From Bacteroidaceae bacterium (GTDB lineage Bacteria; Bacteroidota; Bacteroidia; Bacteroidales; Bacteroidaceae), in the NCBI GenBank assembly GCA_024398405.1, contig JAKSJE010000002.1, positions 2,474-66,473 of the forward strand: DNA of 64,000 bases. Reading direction: 5' to 3'. A program made the translations under genes and the position numbers. This document shows positions 63,348-64,000 of the stretch, piece after piece (within the stretch, counting starts at the first letter, position 1; every line of letters begins with the position of its first letter). The notes beneath the pieces are model-generated. The model ran no database searches. It had not been told where the DNA came from and worked only from the letters and a program-made list of their open reading frames with translations.

Positions 63348-64000
63348 ATGGCAAAAGAATCTATCAAAGTTATCTATGACAGAAAGAAGAGAGTCGAGAC
63401 AAAAGGAAAAGGCAAGGTTGAATTGAGTATTTATCTTGCAAAAGGAGAACGGAAGTATGTAACCATTAAAGAATGTACTCCTGTAGAATGGCGAACTTAT
63501 CGCCAAAGTAGAGAACTTCATGTGGAGGTTTTGGTCTATAAAAGCATCGCCGAGAACATGCATAAGTGTGGCGAGGAGATGACCATTGAGAACTACAACA
63601 GACATCTCGGCATCACCCCAAAGAAGGAGACCAAGAAGCAGGAGGAACGACGCAAGCGCATGTCCTCTCCCAGAGGATTTCTCGACTTCATTGAGGAGGA
63701 GATGGCAAAAGAGAATCTTCATGAAGGCACATTGAAGCGTCGCAGGGTTGTGGTATCTGCCCTTGAACGATACGACAATCTGAATCGCTTTGCCGATGTC
63801 ACGCCAGAGAATGTGAAAGGCTTTGACCAGTTCCTTCGCGACGAAGACAAGAGCCGTACCGATGTAGCCCTGAACAACTACCACAAAGTAGTGAAGAAGT
63901 ATGCACGCCTTGCCTACCAGCTTGACTACATCCCGAAGAACCCATACGAGAGTCCTCTCTGCAAGTTCAAGCGTGGCGAGTGCAAGGAACGCAAGCCACT
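63348..64000 (+). CDS. tyrosine-type site-specific integrase (partial; N-terminal arm-binding and SAM-like domains)
   Basis: Absent from the ORF track because there is no stop in the window. My translation from the ATG at 63348 is open to the window end. It reads MAKESIKVIYDRKKRVETKGKGKVELSIYLAKGERKYVTIKEC..FLDFIEEEMAK..GTLKRRRVVVSALERY..VTPENVKGFDQFLRDE..ALNNYHKVVKKYARLAYQLDYIPKNPYE. This layout is typical of Bacteroidota integrase N-halves. Confidence 0.75.
   Translation, partial: MAKESIKVIYDRKKRVETKGKGKVELSIYLAKGERKYVTIKECTPVEWRTYRQSRELHVEVLVYKSIAENMHKCGEEMTIENYNRHLGITPKKETKKQEERRKRMSSPRGFLDFIEEEMAKENLHEGTLKRRRVVVSALERYDNLNRFADVTPENVKGFDQFLRDEDKSRTDVALNNYHKVVKKYARLAYQLDYIPKNPYESPLCKFKRGECKERKP

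Larger units (their letters stand above)
63000..64000 (+). mobile_element. left end of an integrative element inserted at the 3' end of tRNA-Lys (continues beyond window)
   Basis: The order is tRNA, then iterons, then integrase. The 11-bp tRNA 3' end CGGGTCACAAA (62993-63003) is repeated at 63015-63025. Confidence 0.6.

Noticed and set aside
63279-63884. 201-aa minus-strand ORF
   Set aside because: It is antisense to an open plus-strand frame with clear integrase N-terminal features, and its translation has no recognisable features.

Overview
The window looks like a Bacteroidota chromosome segment, probably Bacteroidales and Prevotella-like, at about 50% GC. Supporting signs are TAnnTTTG -7 promoter boxes ahead of most transcription units, lipoprotein signal peptides, and several T9SS C-terminal sorting domains. 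The contents, left to right:

- **1-21.3 kb:** a tightly packed minus-strand operon of seven exported proteins with no family I can assign. Members are a T9SS cargo, an outer-membrane (OM) beta-barrel, a 3,604-aa giant protein, an FN3-repeat protein, two lipoproteins and a DUF1573 protein. A TPR/transmembrane/AraC-HTH regulator is transcribed divergently, and the shared control region carries a perfect 20-bp direct repeat. This is the best candidate for an undescribed system.
- **23.9-32.8 kb:** a flippase-GT2-GH95 operon. A 3,151-bp unit is tandemly duplicated, giving two GH95 genes that are identical except that only one keeps its T9SS C-terminal domain.
- **32.9-46.2 kb:** housekeeping and sugar-acid genes: a 2-hydroxyacid dehydrogenase, an MltF-like transglycosylase, galE, uxaB and uxaC. 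uxaC is followed, with translational coupling, by a DUF5103/T9SS-plug-like gene, an amidase-fold protein, ygiQ and an HD hydrolase.
- **46.2-48.7 kb:** a degraded phage-like islet. Its MuF-domain toxin-like gene is split by a 266-bp MITE with 17-bp terminal inverted repeats (TIRs) and an 11-bp target-site duplication (TSD).
- **48.8-62.8 kb:** a T9SS cargo with duplicated CBM-like modules and a ROK kinase. Next come a mutarotase/AKR/amidohydrolase/Zn-ADH/FucP cluster matching the Bacteroides L-galactose-to-D-tagaturonate pathway and a PL11 rhamnogalacturonan lyase. A T9SS-sorted C10 cysteine peptidase closes the block.
- **62.9-64.0 kb:** tRNA-Lys(UUU), followed by iterons and a tyrosine integrase, marking the edge of an integrated element.

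All functional calls rest on motifs read by eye. No database search was possible.
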